This document shows positions 42,601 through 52,216 of a DNA stretch of 64,000 bases, in pieces (the first letter of the stretch is position 1; every line of letters starts with the position of its first letter). The stretch comes from Candidatus Poribacteria bacterium (lineage in GTDB: Bacteria; Poribacteria; WGA-4E; WGA-3G): NCBI GenBank assembly GCA_965219695.1, contig CBDCOJ010000031.1, positions 414,561 through 478,560 of the forward strand, given 5' to 3'. Below the pieces are notes generated by a model. The model was not told where the DNA came from. It did no database searches and was given only the letters and a program-made list of their open reading frames with translations. A program made the translations under genes and the position numbers.

Positions 42601-45600
42601 GTAAAAACAAACTGACACTTGCGTCAAATATACTTAATCGCATTCAAAGGCAGCCTTATGTTTATACAAGCAGACAAGCGTGGATACCTAAGAGTTTTGA
42701 AGACGCACAAGTTGGTGCACTTATTCAGTTGAAAATTATCATGGAAGAAGAGGATAAAATAGACGAGTTTGTTGCGCAATTTGAGAAAAATGCTGACGAG
42801 AATCCGAAAGATGTCCAGACTCTTGAACAATTAGCACAGCTTTATGTCTTGACTGGAAAACGTGACAGATCCGAACAAATTACTGAAAGGTTAATCGCTG
42901 TATCCCCAAACAATCCTGCGTATCAAGGAATGCAGCTGAATCTACTCCAAACACAGCAAAAACTTAATTATGATACGTTAATGAAACAACTTGAACAGAT
43001 GACGTGGTTGACACCAGAAGATCGGCAATGGTATATGGCAGACTTTGCCAGAAGGTTTAGCTACCAAGAACAGAGAGAAGATGCTGAAAAACTTTTAGAC
43101 GATCTTGAAAAAATAAAAGTAATTAACCCGAATGTCTTTACCATGTTAGTTAGTACTTTTGTACAGTTGGGGAGAACAGACACGGCAGAGAAATTTATTG
43201 AGCAATTTTCGGCTACAACGCCCCAATTATCTCAACAACATGTCCGCATCTATCAAACACTTGCTACTACTTATCTCCGCAATGGAAAAGATGACAAAGC
43301 AGCAACAATCTATTGGCAATATTTAGAACGTACGAAACCAAGCGTTACGAATCCACGCCGGACTATGGCACTTAGCACGTCCACTGCTTACTCCTACGGC
43401 GGATACTCCCAGATTCAAGCAAATTTTCCTGCACCCACAACCTATTATACACAAGACCGGTTGCAGTCTCTACAGCAAATTTTTAATCAGTTTTGGATAA
43501 ACGATCAACATCAAGCACTGTATAATGTTTTACAAACACAGATAGATGCCGCTGAAGGAAGAGACCGAATCTATCCTGCTTTAGCGATGTGCTACTGTTA
43601 CTGGTGGGAAAACAAACGCGAAACTGCTTTACAAATACTTTCTGGGCTGCAGCAGGAATTTGATGATGACCTCACACTTAAACTCAATACTGTTCTGGTT
43701 TCAATACAGGCAGGTGAACATAAAGCAGCATTAGAACTTCTTCAGAATCTTGCGGATGCAGACCCAAGGAACCGTCGCCAATATTTTGACCTGACTTTAC
43801 AGGTCGCAGTCCATGTAGGTGATACGCTCATTGTCCGCGATTTGATCACAAAAGTGCTGAACTCTCCGATTAGTGTGCGCGAACTTTTCAATTTTTCACA
43901 AAAACTGCAGCAGAACGGTCTCACGCAATACGCTATAGCTGTCGCCAAGAAAACAGCGACCTTAGCGATGCGTGAACGTGACGCGAACTTCCTCGTGCAA
44001 TTAAGCCAACACTTGGCTCAACTCGGTAGAGGACAAGATGCAGCGCGCATAGCAGCACGCGCTATACAATTCGCAAACCAACAAGACCGCTTTGGACGCA
44101 CGTTACAATCATATTATCTTCAACAAGCATCGCGTCTCGCCAGTCGTTCCACGTCTGTGTCTGGCGGAAACCGTGCAGAAAAGTTAATTGAAGCAGCGGA
44201 AAAAAATCCAAATTCATTTCAAGCTCAGCTGAGATTAGCGTCATACTACGAAGGTAGAAACCAGATACATAAGGCTTCAGCGGCTTATGATGCAGCACTT
44301 GCATTACGCCCCAAAGACAATTCTACCCGCATGCGATATGCACAAATGCTACAACGCAATAGACAAGCAAAAAACGCTGTAAAACAATACAGCATTCTCA
44401 TGAAAGATAAAAAGAATTTCCAAACTATATTTTACAACTACTGGGAAATTGTCCGTACATTTACTGATGCCAGAGAAATAGATAAATTGGTCGCAATCGC
44501 AAAAGAGGCAATTGGGGAAGGCAACCAATATTCTATGGGAAACGAATTCGCAATGAGAGCGGCTCAAGAATGTGTTAGAAACAAATATCCAAAGGCTGCC
44601 GCTGAAATCTATGAAAAAATAATGGAATCTGGTAGAAGGAATGTTTATAGCCAATTAGCAGATGCTTATACAGCAGCGGGTCAACGCGAGAAGGCAATCC
44701 AACTCTTACGCGAGAAACTAAAATCAGAAAAAGCAGAATCAAAGGTTAACATCTTGTTAAAGTTTGCAAAATTTGATGAAACACAAGATGAAATTAAAAC
44801 TTTTGTAACCGAGTACGACGAAGCAATCACTGATGAAAAAGTTGATCCGGCAACACTTTATCTTGCCGCTGTTACGAAGATTGTGACAAATGATTTAGAA
44901 GGCTCTGATCCAATTGTCAATAGACTCCTTGAACAGATTCCATCACAGTCAAGGCTTCAATGGCTAAGTTCATTAGCGAATACATACAGAGAAAAATTAG
45001 ACCTTAATCGCGAAATCCGAATACTTGAAGCTGCAACCCAGAAAGTTGACCCGCAGAATTCTTGGCAACTTTCAGATGTTTATATGAAACTTGGAACGGC
45101 ATATTCTAAAAAGGATGAAAAAGAGAAGGCACAGAATGCTATCAGGAAAATGGGAACACTCCGACTTATGCGGCGTGGTGCACCACAATATTATGAGAAA
45201 GAGAACGTGGCACAAACATATATTAAACACGAATTGTGGGACGAAGCAGAAATCCTGTTAACCGAAGTAATCAACGATCTTTCAGCACAACAGTATTACA
45301 AAGAACGCGCACAAGAACAACTTGTAACAATCCAGCAGAGACGGGATGGTGTTACAGACAACCAACAATCTAACAGAAGGACAGGACGAGTTAATATTGG
45401 GGTGCAACGATCAATGGCACAACAACTCATGCGCCGTAATCAAATCCCTGAAGCCATAAAAGTTTATGAACAAATAGCGAAAGCGATGCCGGAAGACCTT
45501 GAATCCCGCTCTCAACTCGCTAATCTCTATTCACGCCAAAATCAGCATGTAAAGGCTTTAGAAATTTGGAAGGCATTGCTTGAAGCCGATCCTGAAAACA

Positions 45601-48600
45601 CCAAATTCCAAGATGGGATCATAGAGGCATATCAGAACACAGGAAAATCTGAGGAGGCAATAACACTCGCACTGAAATATATTCAGGACGAACCTGGAAA
45701 CGGTCTTCATCACGCTCGTCTCGCGCATCTTTACTACAGCAAGGGTCAACGTAAAGAAGCAATTGCATCCTACAAAAAAGCAATTGAACTCTCACCAGGA
45801 AATGCCGATATTTATGAGAAATTGGCGGTTCTCTATTTGCGTAGTAATCAGCTGGATGATGCAGAGAAAGCATTCAAAGAAGCACTTCAGTATGCTGCGC
45901 AGACACACCAACATCAGAATATCCAACGACAATTGATAGAAATCTATCGTCGTCAAGGTAAACTTGAAGAATACTTAAAAGAAGTGGAAAATCAAGGGGC
46001 ACTTTCCTTTGATATGCTGAAGGAACTTGCACGCAACTATCAGAATCAGGGTAAATTAGATGAAGCCGCTAAGACATATACAAAAGCACTTCAGGTTGCC
46101 CCTCATGAATATGAGGAGCGTAATATTGAACGCCAAATTATAACTATTTATCGAAAGCAAGGTAAATTAGAAGAAAAGTTAAAAGAAGCGGAAAAGAATG
46201 ACACGCTTACTTTTACTATGCAAGTGGAACTTGCTCGGCAATATCGTTCTAAAGGAGAATCGGATAAAGCGATTATTGCCTACAAGAATGCTATCAACAT
46301 GTCATCCAGAGACTATGGAGTAAATAACGTCTATAGCGAATTAATGCAGGAGTACGTCCGACGTGGTGAAGATGATTTAGCAATTGAACTTCACGATTCT
46401 ATATCTCAGCCAAATTCACTCACTACCTCTATCAGACATAACCAATCTGGTTTCGTTGTCACCTTCGGTGGAGATGAAGCACGTAAAATCTTGATTGATG
46501 CCTACAAAAACAAAGGGAAATTGGACCAGCTGCAAGCAATTTTTGATTCTAAACTCGAAAAGGAACCTACAAACCCGATACTTCTTGAGGTAGTAGCCGA
46601 GATTTATCGAAATGCAAAAAACCATGAGAAAAGTGCTGAGGCATACCAAGCACTTTGCAAAGCGGATCCGAGCAATGTTCGCAGTTTTTATTATGCTGCC
46701 GCCGCTCTGAATAAAACTGGAAATTCAGAACTCGCTGAAAAGCTATTAAAACAAGGTGCCACTGCCCTTGAATCCAGCAACCGTCCTAACGAAATGTGGT
46801 ATCTCTGTGCTCTCGGTTCTATCTGTTATGATGCTAAAATGTATACACCTGCGATCAAACTCTTTAAAGGCGCTATTGCTGCCAACACGATGCACAGACA
46901 CGGTGGGCATAGATGGGAAGAGGAGATATTATATGACCTCATCGGAAAAAGTGCACTTGCTACAAAACAGTATGAAGAAGCCATTGATGCATATCAGCAG
47001 TTGAAAAAAATCGCACGTGATAACAGAAAAAAACAAGCTGCCGAAAAAGCGATTGCACAAGCATATATAGATGGAAACCTTCATGCCAAAAAGATTCCTG
47101 AACAGATTAAGAATGTTGAAGACAATCCTAATGATGTAGATGCCCGTCTCGCGCTCGCAGAAACTTATGAATCAAGCGATAAGGTTGAAGAAGCTATTGT
47201 GCAATACCAAAAGATTAGCGAACTTCAACCTGACAAAGCGCAATGGCACAAAAAAATCGGAGATCTCTATCAAAAGCCACGCGAGGCAAAGGATGGTGTT
47301 CAGAAGAATAAAGCGGTGGAGTTAGATGGGAATTATAGTTTTGTTGAAGTCGGTAAAAGCGACACACTAAACACCATAAATCAACATCTTACTGTGTCTG
47401 CCTGGATTAAACCGACTGAATTTCGAAACAGATATACGCCTATAATTTTTAAAGGTGACAGACGAAGTCCAAACATCAGTAATCGGAGTTTCACATTGTG
47501 GCTTCGGGATGATGGGGTTATTCAATTTGCTTCATCGCCTAAGGGACTCGGCGAACGCAAAATTTTTTCCCCACGCGGATCAATTATGCTCAATACATGG
47601 TATCACTTAGCTGGCGTCATTGATACCCAAAGAAATTACATAAAACTTTACATTGACGGTATTGAAGTTGGTCAACAAGATTATAGTGGTGTACCAAATA
47701 TTTATGAAAGTATACTTCCTTTCCGAATTGGTGGTTCACACGAGGAAGAAGTGACCACCCACGCAACCTTTGTTGGACAAATTGACAACGTAAGTGTTTG
47801 GAATATCGCACTGACACCAGAGCAAATTCGTTCTAATATGAAAAAGAAACTGACAGGTAACGAACCTGGCTTAGTAGGACACTGGAATTTTGACAGAAAG
47901 TCGGAAGTATCTATTCCAGATGCATCACCAAATAAGAACGATGGAAAATTAATCGGCAATGCTAAACTAATCGAGTATAATTTTCCTGTTTTTGCCGATG
48001 CCAGCGCGGAACAATTGAAAAAAGCAGCAGCAGCTTACGAAAAAGCTATCTCGTTTGAACCTGACTCGTATGAACTCTATAACTTGGTCGCAAAAATTCA
48101 TACGAAACAAGATGATCCATCCAAAGCCGAAGCCGTATACCGTCAAGCGTTGCAAGCATCTCTCAGACCAACAGAACATGATTCTGCTGTCAAAGCCATC
48201 TTGGAACTTTACGAAGGTAAAGAACATGCTGATAAGCGACTTACTATTCTTGAAGAACTTGGATCAAAATCAGGAAATAGTCCATTTCTACATAAAATGT
48301 TAGGCGATACCTATGTTGAATCGGGTGATACGGATAAGGCAGCATCTGCATATAGAAAATGGTTGGAAATACTTAAAAATGAGCCTAATCAGGGAAAATA
48401 CGCACAAGAATATTTCCAACTTGCTGAGCGGCTTCTTAATCAGAATATCATGCCAGATATTGCGTTGGAACTTGCCAAACAAGCAGCTGGAACCCGATCA
48501 GATTCAACCTACTTTTCTACCTTAGGGCATGCTTATCTGGTTAATGAACAGTATGGCAAAGCATTAGAAAATTTTCAGTCCAGTCTTCAACTTATGAATC

Positions 48601-49331
48601 GTAACGGAAAAGTTAGCGGAGATAGAATAGAACATTTACTAACGCGTATCTCTCAAGTAGGTAAGAATGTAAAAGACAAAGCACTGTACATTGAGATGAT
48701 AGGTAATTTGGTCGATGCAATACCTGACCATCCAGACAACCCGTTAAACGCTAATCTATCATTAGCCGAATTCTGCCATCAACTTGGAATGACAGAAATG
48801 GCAAAAACCTATATTCTGAAAACTGGCTTTTTCCCTGAAACTGCATGGTTGACACTTGGTCCATTTGACAATACGAAGGGAGTCGGCTACAATACCGCTT
48901 ATATTCAGGAAGAAAAAACTCAGATTGATACTGAAGCAAAATACGATGGGGTTACTGGACAAGTTAGTTGGAAACAAGGCACTGATGAAACCTATAACGG
49001 GTTCTTCGATTTTGGTGACGAAGAAAAAATGTACACCGCGTATGCGTGGATAATTTTCACCTCTCCTGAAGAACGAAAAGCACAAATCCGATTCGATAGT
49101 GACGACCAAGGGAAAGTGTGGTTGAACGGCAATAAAGTGTATGCACACAGAAGAACTCGTGGTGCTGTAGTTGACCGCAGAACTATCCCAGTGACACTTA
49201 CTGCTGGACGAAACACTATCCTCGTTAAAGTCTGTAATGAATCACTTCCTTGGGGATTTTATCTGCGGATTACTGATACTGAAGGTAAACCCTTTGATGA
49301 TTTAAAAATCACCGACCAAACACAAAACTAA
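39630..49331 (+). CDS. Giant secreted TPR-repeat protein (paralog P2), colinear with P1 plus an inserted LamG domain
   Basis: Alignable with P1 along its whole length; for example 'KKDDPYRRCLSLREIGKIHEDTG' is identical in both. A LamG domain (about 47290..47960; '...LTVSAWIKPTEFRNRY...WYHLAGVID...FVGQIDNVSVWNIAL') is inserted between the 'IGDLYQK' and 'AAYEKAI' positions that are adjacent in P1. It has the same C-terminal domain. Confidence 0.8.
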   Translation: MFGREKYAIALCVLSLLFSTLLLSPIILAQDGINDAQIIERYKLMLNQKPKEGSTFDRLYQFYLEGDGLESMVTDYQAEAQAKPNDPNIQLILGHIYKRLGKDKDALTAYQRAVELAPDNYYTYFALGQLHVTLRQHEDAIRELTKSVTLSEQSQAVSPEELTAIYKALGQAYFSRDKLDDAIQAWEKISELDPQNVFARIELADLFREKELYPQAIEQHQAIIETKKDDPYRRCLSLREIGKIHEDTGEYDKAREHYDKALDLTAPGNWLRKDLQHRIIAIYSTDANWKDLITYYQGKLETDPNDVELLGLLAAAYIEDQQFDEGTDTYRKGLELAPTDTSLRLSLIAALRNAEKFEAAATEYEALSEQQPDDFGIYRELGKLYLQLEDEDKAKTIYQKMIDRDPQNASTHLTLAEIYTGHEWIEEAVAAYQKAISLAPQNLDYIEYFGEFYFRQANREKAIETWNQMVADGKNTPENYDRLARLLEAKKFPTEAIDASKKAVELMPDAYRFREALAKRLMNDKQYDDALLEYTEAIKLAPNEFFAEQMDDQRIELYRKQGTLVEKVEDAEAQFEKPGLSDTDKFTQLKRLAKMYLKLSNTTYALEILLKAKALQPNDIDVNRETANLYTKQGRRDEAIVIYKHLTEIDSTNAREYHANIAKAYLKGMDFEAAIDAAKQVIAHSPRNPEGHQLLAEIAKQSTKYEEAIDSYKQAIRLRPEAIDIRIELAALYNRSGNSRQAIAQYWRCWELSDNISDKLSFIKPLSEAYYDLGRRGELEEKLKQMAKSNTSGVGAVLGLAQVYRLEGDLSSARFQLARALDRQRENAELLSELVDISSDLGDMQEALTYQQRLVKANPDPVHQQKLGELLFDAGREQEAIQAWSKVLHAKNQTLEAEVKLAKLLIRYGLLEEALFALDNAAEKISGKDAHLALYQIGAKLVEINEAERAIPHFQRILAMPEPATDSTTTVTSNNTTTNVPTSYYGPPGLSKNKLTLASNILNRIQRQPYVYTSRQAWIPKSFEDAQVGALIQLKIIMEEEDKIDEFVAQFEKNADENPKDVQTLEQLAQLYVLTGKRDRSEQITERLIAVSPNNPAYQGMQLNLLQTQQKLNYDTLMKQLEQMTWLTPEDRQWYMADFARRFSYQEQREDAEKLLDDLEKIKVINPNVFTMLVSTFVQLGRTDTAEKFIEQFSATTPQLSQQHVRIYQTLATTYLRNGKDDKAATIYWQYLERTKPSVTNPRRTMALSTSTAYSYGGYSQIQANFPAPTTYYTQDRLQSLQQIFNQFWINDQHQALYNVLQTQIDAAEGRDRIYPALAMCYCYWWENKRETALQILSGLQQEFDDDLTLKLNTVLVSIQAGEHKAALELLQNLADADPRNRRQYFDLTLQVAVHVGDTLIVRDLITKVLNSPISVRELFNFSQKLQQNGLTQYAIAVAKKTATLAMRERDANFLVQLSQHLAQLGRGQDAARIAARAIQFANQQDRFGRTLQSYYLQQASRLASRSTSVSGGNRAEKLIEAAEKNPNSFQAQLRLASYYEGRNQIHKASAAYDAALALRPKDNSTRMRYAQMLQRNRQAKNAVKQYSILMKDKKNFQTIFYNYWEIVRTFTDAREIDKLVAIAKEAIGEGNQYSMGNEFAMRAAQECVRNKYPKAAAEIYEKIMESGRRNVYSQLADAYTAAGQREKAIQLLREKLKSEKAESKVNILLKFAKFDETQDEIKTFVTEYDEAITDEKVDPATLYLAAVTKIVTNDLEGSDPIVNRLLEQIPSQSRLQWLSSLANTYREKLDLNREIRILEAATQKVDPQNSWQLSDVYMKLGTAYSKKDEKEKAQNAIRKMGTLRLMRRGAPQYYEKENVAQTYIKHELWDEAEILLTEVINDLSAQQYYKERAQEQLVTIQQRRDGVTDNQQSNRRTGRVNIGVQRSMAQQLMRRNQIPEAIKVYEQIAKAMPEDLESRSQLANLYSRQNQHVKALEIWKALLEADPENTKFQDGIIEAYQNTGKSEEAITLALKYIQDEPGNGLHHARLAHLYYSKGQRKEAIASYKKAIELSPGNADIYEKLAVLYLRSNQLDDAEKAFKEALQYAAQTHQHQNIQRQLIEIYRRQGKLEEYLKEVENQGALSFDMLKELARNYQNQGKLDEAAKTYTKALQVAPHEYEERNIERQIITIYRKQGKLEEKLKEAEKNDTLTFTMQVELARQYRSKGESDKAIIAYKNAINMSSRDYGVNNVYSELMQEYVRRGEDDLAIELHDSISQPNSLTTSIRHNQSGFVVTFGGDEARKILIDAYKNKGKLDQLQAIFDSKLEKEPTNPILLEVVAEIYRNAKNHEKSAEAYQALCKADPSNVRSFYYAAAALNKTGNSELAEKLLKQGATALESSNRPNEMWYLCALGSICYDAKMYTPAIKLFKGAIAANTMHRHGGHRWEEEILYDLIGKSALATKQYEEAIDAYQQLKKIARDNRKKQAAEKAIAQAYIDGNLHAKKIPEQIKNVEDNPNDVDARLALAETYESSDKVEEAIVQYQKISELQPDKAQWHKKIGDLYQKPREAKDGVQKNKAVELDGNYSFVEVGKSDTLNTINQHLTVSAWIKPTEFRNRYTPIIFKGDRRSPNISNRSFTLWLRDDGVIQFASSPKGLGERKIFSPRGSIMLNTWYHLAGVIDTQRNYIKLYIDGIEVGQQDYSGVPNIYESILPFRIGGSHEEEVTTHATFVGQIDNVSVWNIALTPEQIRSNMKKKLTGNEPGLVGHWNFDRKSEVSIPDASPNKNDGKLIGNAKLIEYNFPVFADASAEQLKKAAAAYEKAISFEPDSYELYNLVAKIHTKQDDPSKAEAVYRQALQASLRPTEHDSAVKAILELYEGKEHADKRLTILEELGSKSGNSPFLHKMLGDTYVESGDTDKAASAYRKWLEILKNEPNQGKYAQEYFQLAERLLNQNIMPDIALELAKQAAGTRSDSTYFSTLGHAYLVNEQYGKALENFQSSLQLMNRNGKVSGDRIEHLLTRISQVGKNVKDKALYIEMIGNLVDAIPDHPDNPLNANLSLAEFCHQLGMTEMAKTYILKTGFFPETAWLTLGPFDNTKGVGYNTAYIQEEKTQIDTEAKYDGVTGQVSWKQGTDETYNGFFDFGDEEKMYTAYAWIIFTSPEERKAQIRFDSDDQGKVWLNGNKVYAHRRTRGAVVDRRTIPVTLTAGRNTILVKVCNESLPWGFYLRITDTEGKPFDDLKITDQTQN

Positions 49332-49445
49332 CTACGACAGACTCCTCTGCTTATTTGCAGATTTCCATCGGTTATAGCACAATTCATTGAACGTACTTTA
49401 GCGATTTAGTGGAATATCTATTCTAAAATTATAGGTATCAGCAAT

Positions 49446-49552
49446 AGTCGGGAATCGGAGTTCCCTCGGACAAAGACGGACCATCTTCTGTAGGCGGTGA
49501 ATGCCTAAATGGCATTCATACCGTTGATTTCGATCTCCGAATCGCGACCTAT
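49446..49552. repeat. Family A/B composite palindromic repeat
   Basis: GTCGGGAATCGGAGTTCCCTC...GGTGAATGCCTAAATGGCATTCATACCGTTGATT...GATCTCCGAATCGCGAC. Confidence 0.75.
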
Positions 49553-49588
49553 ACCCGCAATTTTAGAGTAGACAGAACAGTAGAGGTG

Positions 49589-49626
49589 CGTTTGTAGTCG
49601 CGCAATTCATTGCGCCTCTTACATTT
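49589..49626 (+). repeat. Hairpin repeat family C (GTAGTCGCGCAATTCATTGCGCCTCTTACATTTG)
   Basis: A 7-bp stem GCGCAAT/ATTGCGC with a 2-nt loop, followed by CTCTTACATTT. Copies occur at 17384 (reverse complement) and 57703, with a variant at 52097. Confidence 0.7.
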
Positions 49627-49721
49627 GCGTATGTCACACAGAATGTGTCTACTACTTTTATTCGTTACGTAAATCCTGTTTATTTACCAAATGCTGCTTA
49701 CTTGATTACGGAGGTAATTTT

Positions 49722-51856
49722 ATGTACACGCAACGGAATTTCTTCATAATTGTATGTATCCTACTACTATTCGCCTTTAACTTCAGTTATTCCATCGAAT
49801 TATCAGCACAAGATACCGAGACCGAATTTAATGAATCTATTGAGGATACTGCACTGGATTTAGATGGCAACTTTAGTTATGTTGAAACCGTTGACAGCGA
49901 TGTGTTGAATACACTTAGCGAACAGGTTATGTATCTGTATGGATAAAAGCGACTGATTTCCCCAACAGATATGCTCCTATCGTCTACAAAGGTGACCCAC
50001 GCACCCCTGATATTAGTAATCGAAGTTATGCCATGTTTTTACGGGATGACGGCGCTATTCAATTCGCGTCATCACCAAGGGGATTGGAAGAACAATATAT
50101 CTTTTCACCATCTGAGGCAATTACACTTAACAAATGGCATCACGTCGCAGGTGTCGTTGATACACAAAGAGATTTTATCAAAGTCTTCATCGACGGTTTT
50201 GAAGTTGGTAGGACAAATTTTAGAGGACAGCAGCGTTTTTATGAAAGTTTACTTCCATTACGAATTGGGAATTCACATGAAGATGACAGAGAAACTCACT
50301 CCTCCTTTGTCGGTCAAATTGATGAGGTCAGTATCTGGAACATTGCTTTGACTGAAAATCAGATCCGAACTTGTATGAAAAAGCAGTTGGTCGGAGATGA
50401 AAAAGGCTTAGTGGGTTATTGGAAATTTGATGAACAAACAGATGGTATCGTCTCTGATATCTCATCAAATCAGAACGATGCTTTCTTAATCGGTGGCGTA
50501 AAACTTACCAGATACATTCGTCCTTTCTCAGCCTTTGTCGGCCCAGGACAACTGCAGGAAGCTGCTACCGCTTATGAAAAGGCTCTCACTCGTGATACGA
50601 ATTCTTATGAAGTATACCGTTCACTGGCAGAAATATACATCAGAACAGGACGTCTATCCGATGCCGAAAAGATCTATCTTCGTGCTTTAGAGGCTGATCT
50701 CACTCAATCCGAACATGATGATGCGATTCAAGTCCTCCATAAGTTTTCCGTTGTGAACGGCACAAAAGAGGAGTTTATCAATCTACTTGAAAAACTGAGA
50801 CCGAAAATGGAAGGAAGTGCTATTCTACATCAACTGTTAGGGGATGCTTATAAAAACGCTGGTGAGGAAGAGAAAGCTAAAATCGCCTATTCCCAATGGC
50901 TAAAGATCATAAAAAAAGAAGTTGACAGGAAAAATGATGCATCGACATATTACGATCTTGCTGTAGAACTTCTTGAGAAAAACATGTTTCCTGAAATGGC
51001 TTTGGAATTCGCGTTTAAAGCAACAGAAACACCATCAAGTCCAGATTACATCATTACACTTGTACAAGCATTTCTCGTGAATGAACAGTATGAAAACGCA
51101 TATCAAATCATTGAGAGCATTTTTGATATGATGTTTTTACCTTATGTTGAGCGTGATCTGTTATCGCAGGTTGTCAAAACCGGAAAAAATGTAAAAGACA
51201 AAGAAGGTTATGTTGAAATGTTGAATCAACTGATTGACTCTATGTCTGATAATCTTCGCTCACAGCTAAGTACTACACTTGCATTGGCACAATTTTATAG
51301 AGAAAGTGGCCAAGATGAGAAAGCAAATGCGCTTATCCGAAAAACAGGCTTTATTACCGAAGATGCTTGGATGATTCTTGGTCCATTTGATAACGTCGGA
51401 GGGATTGGATTTAATACAGCGTACATCCCAGAAAACCTACCTAAGATTGACCTCACCGCAAAATACGATGGGATAAATGGAAAGGTGAGTTGGCAAAAAA
51501 GCACAGATGATAATCTATATGGCCATATACAACTTGGCGAAAAAGGCGTAGATTGGCAGGCAGCGTATGCGTTTGCAACTGTCCACTCACCAGATGAACG
51601 GCAAGTAGAATTCCGATTTGACTCCGACGACCAAGGGAAAATCTGGTTAAACGGTATTGAGGTTTTTTCACATACGAAAACCTTTACTGCTGAAATTGAC
51701 AATTACATTATTCCTGTAACCCTCCAACCGGGTAACAACAGTATTCTTGTAAAAGTTTGTGAAGAAACAGGTGGTTGGGGATTTTATCTGCGGATTACTG
51801 ATACTGAAGGCAAACCGTTTGATGATTTAAAAATCACTGACCAAACACAAAACTAA
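49722..51856 (+). CDS. Secreted LamG plus helical module plus conserved C-terminal domain protein (paralog P3); apparent 1-nt frameshift near 49925
   Basis: Signal peptide ('FFIIVCILLLFAFNFSYS'). The LamG start ('ALDLDGNFSYVETVDSDVLNTLSEQ') continues in the +2 frame ('YVSVWIKATDFPNRYAPIVYKGDPRTPDISNRSYAMFLRDDGAIQF'), which joins the 50033..51856 ORF. The listed ORF 49971..50351 is a wrong-frame artifact. Confidence 0.6.
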
Positions 51857-51970
51857 CTACGACAGACTCCTCTACTTATTTGCAGATTTCCAACGGTTAT
51901 AGCACAATTCATTGAACGTACTTTAGCGATTTAGTGAAATATCTATTCTAAAATTATAGGTATTAGTAAT

Positions 51971-52038
51971 AGTCGGGAATCGGAGTTCCCGACTACAAAG
52001 ACGGACCATCTTCTGTAGGAGCGATCTCCGAATCGCAA
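51971..52038. repeat. Family A palindromic repeat
   Basis: GTCGGGAATCGGAGTTCCCGAC tacaaagacggaccatcttct GTAGGAGCGATCTCCGAATCGC. Confidence 0.75.
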
Positions 52039-52216
52039 CAGACAATGATATGCTGACAAAGCACTACGCACTTTGCAGTTTCAAGCGTTCGAAAGTTTGT
52101 AGTAGCACAATTCATTGTGCGTTCTTAGCAATTTTGGTTCAATTCGTTGGGCACTCTAAATTTGCTTGTTCGTCTTGTTTATTTCAATAGTTTTTATTTT
52201 ATTCGGAGGTATTTTA

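Noticed and set aside
49971-50351. 126-aa ORF
   Set aside because: Wrong-frame overlap of the P3 LamG region. The homologous reading frame is the one continuing into 50033..51856.
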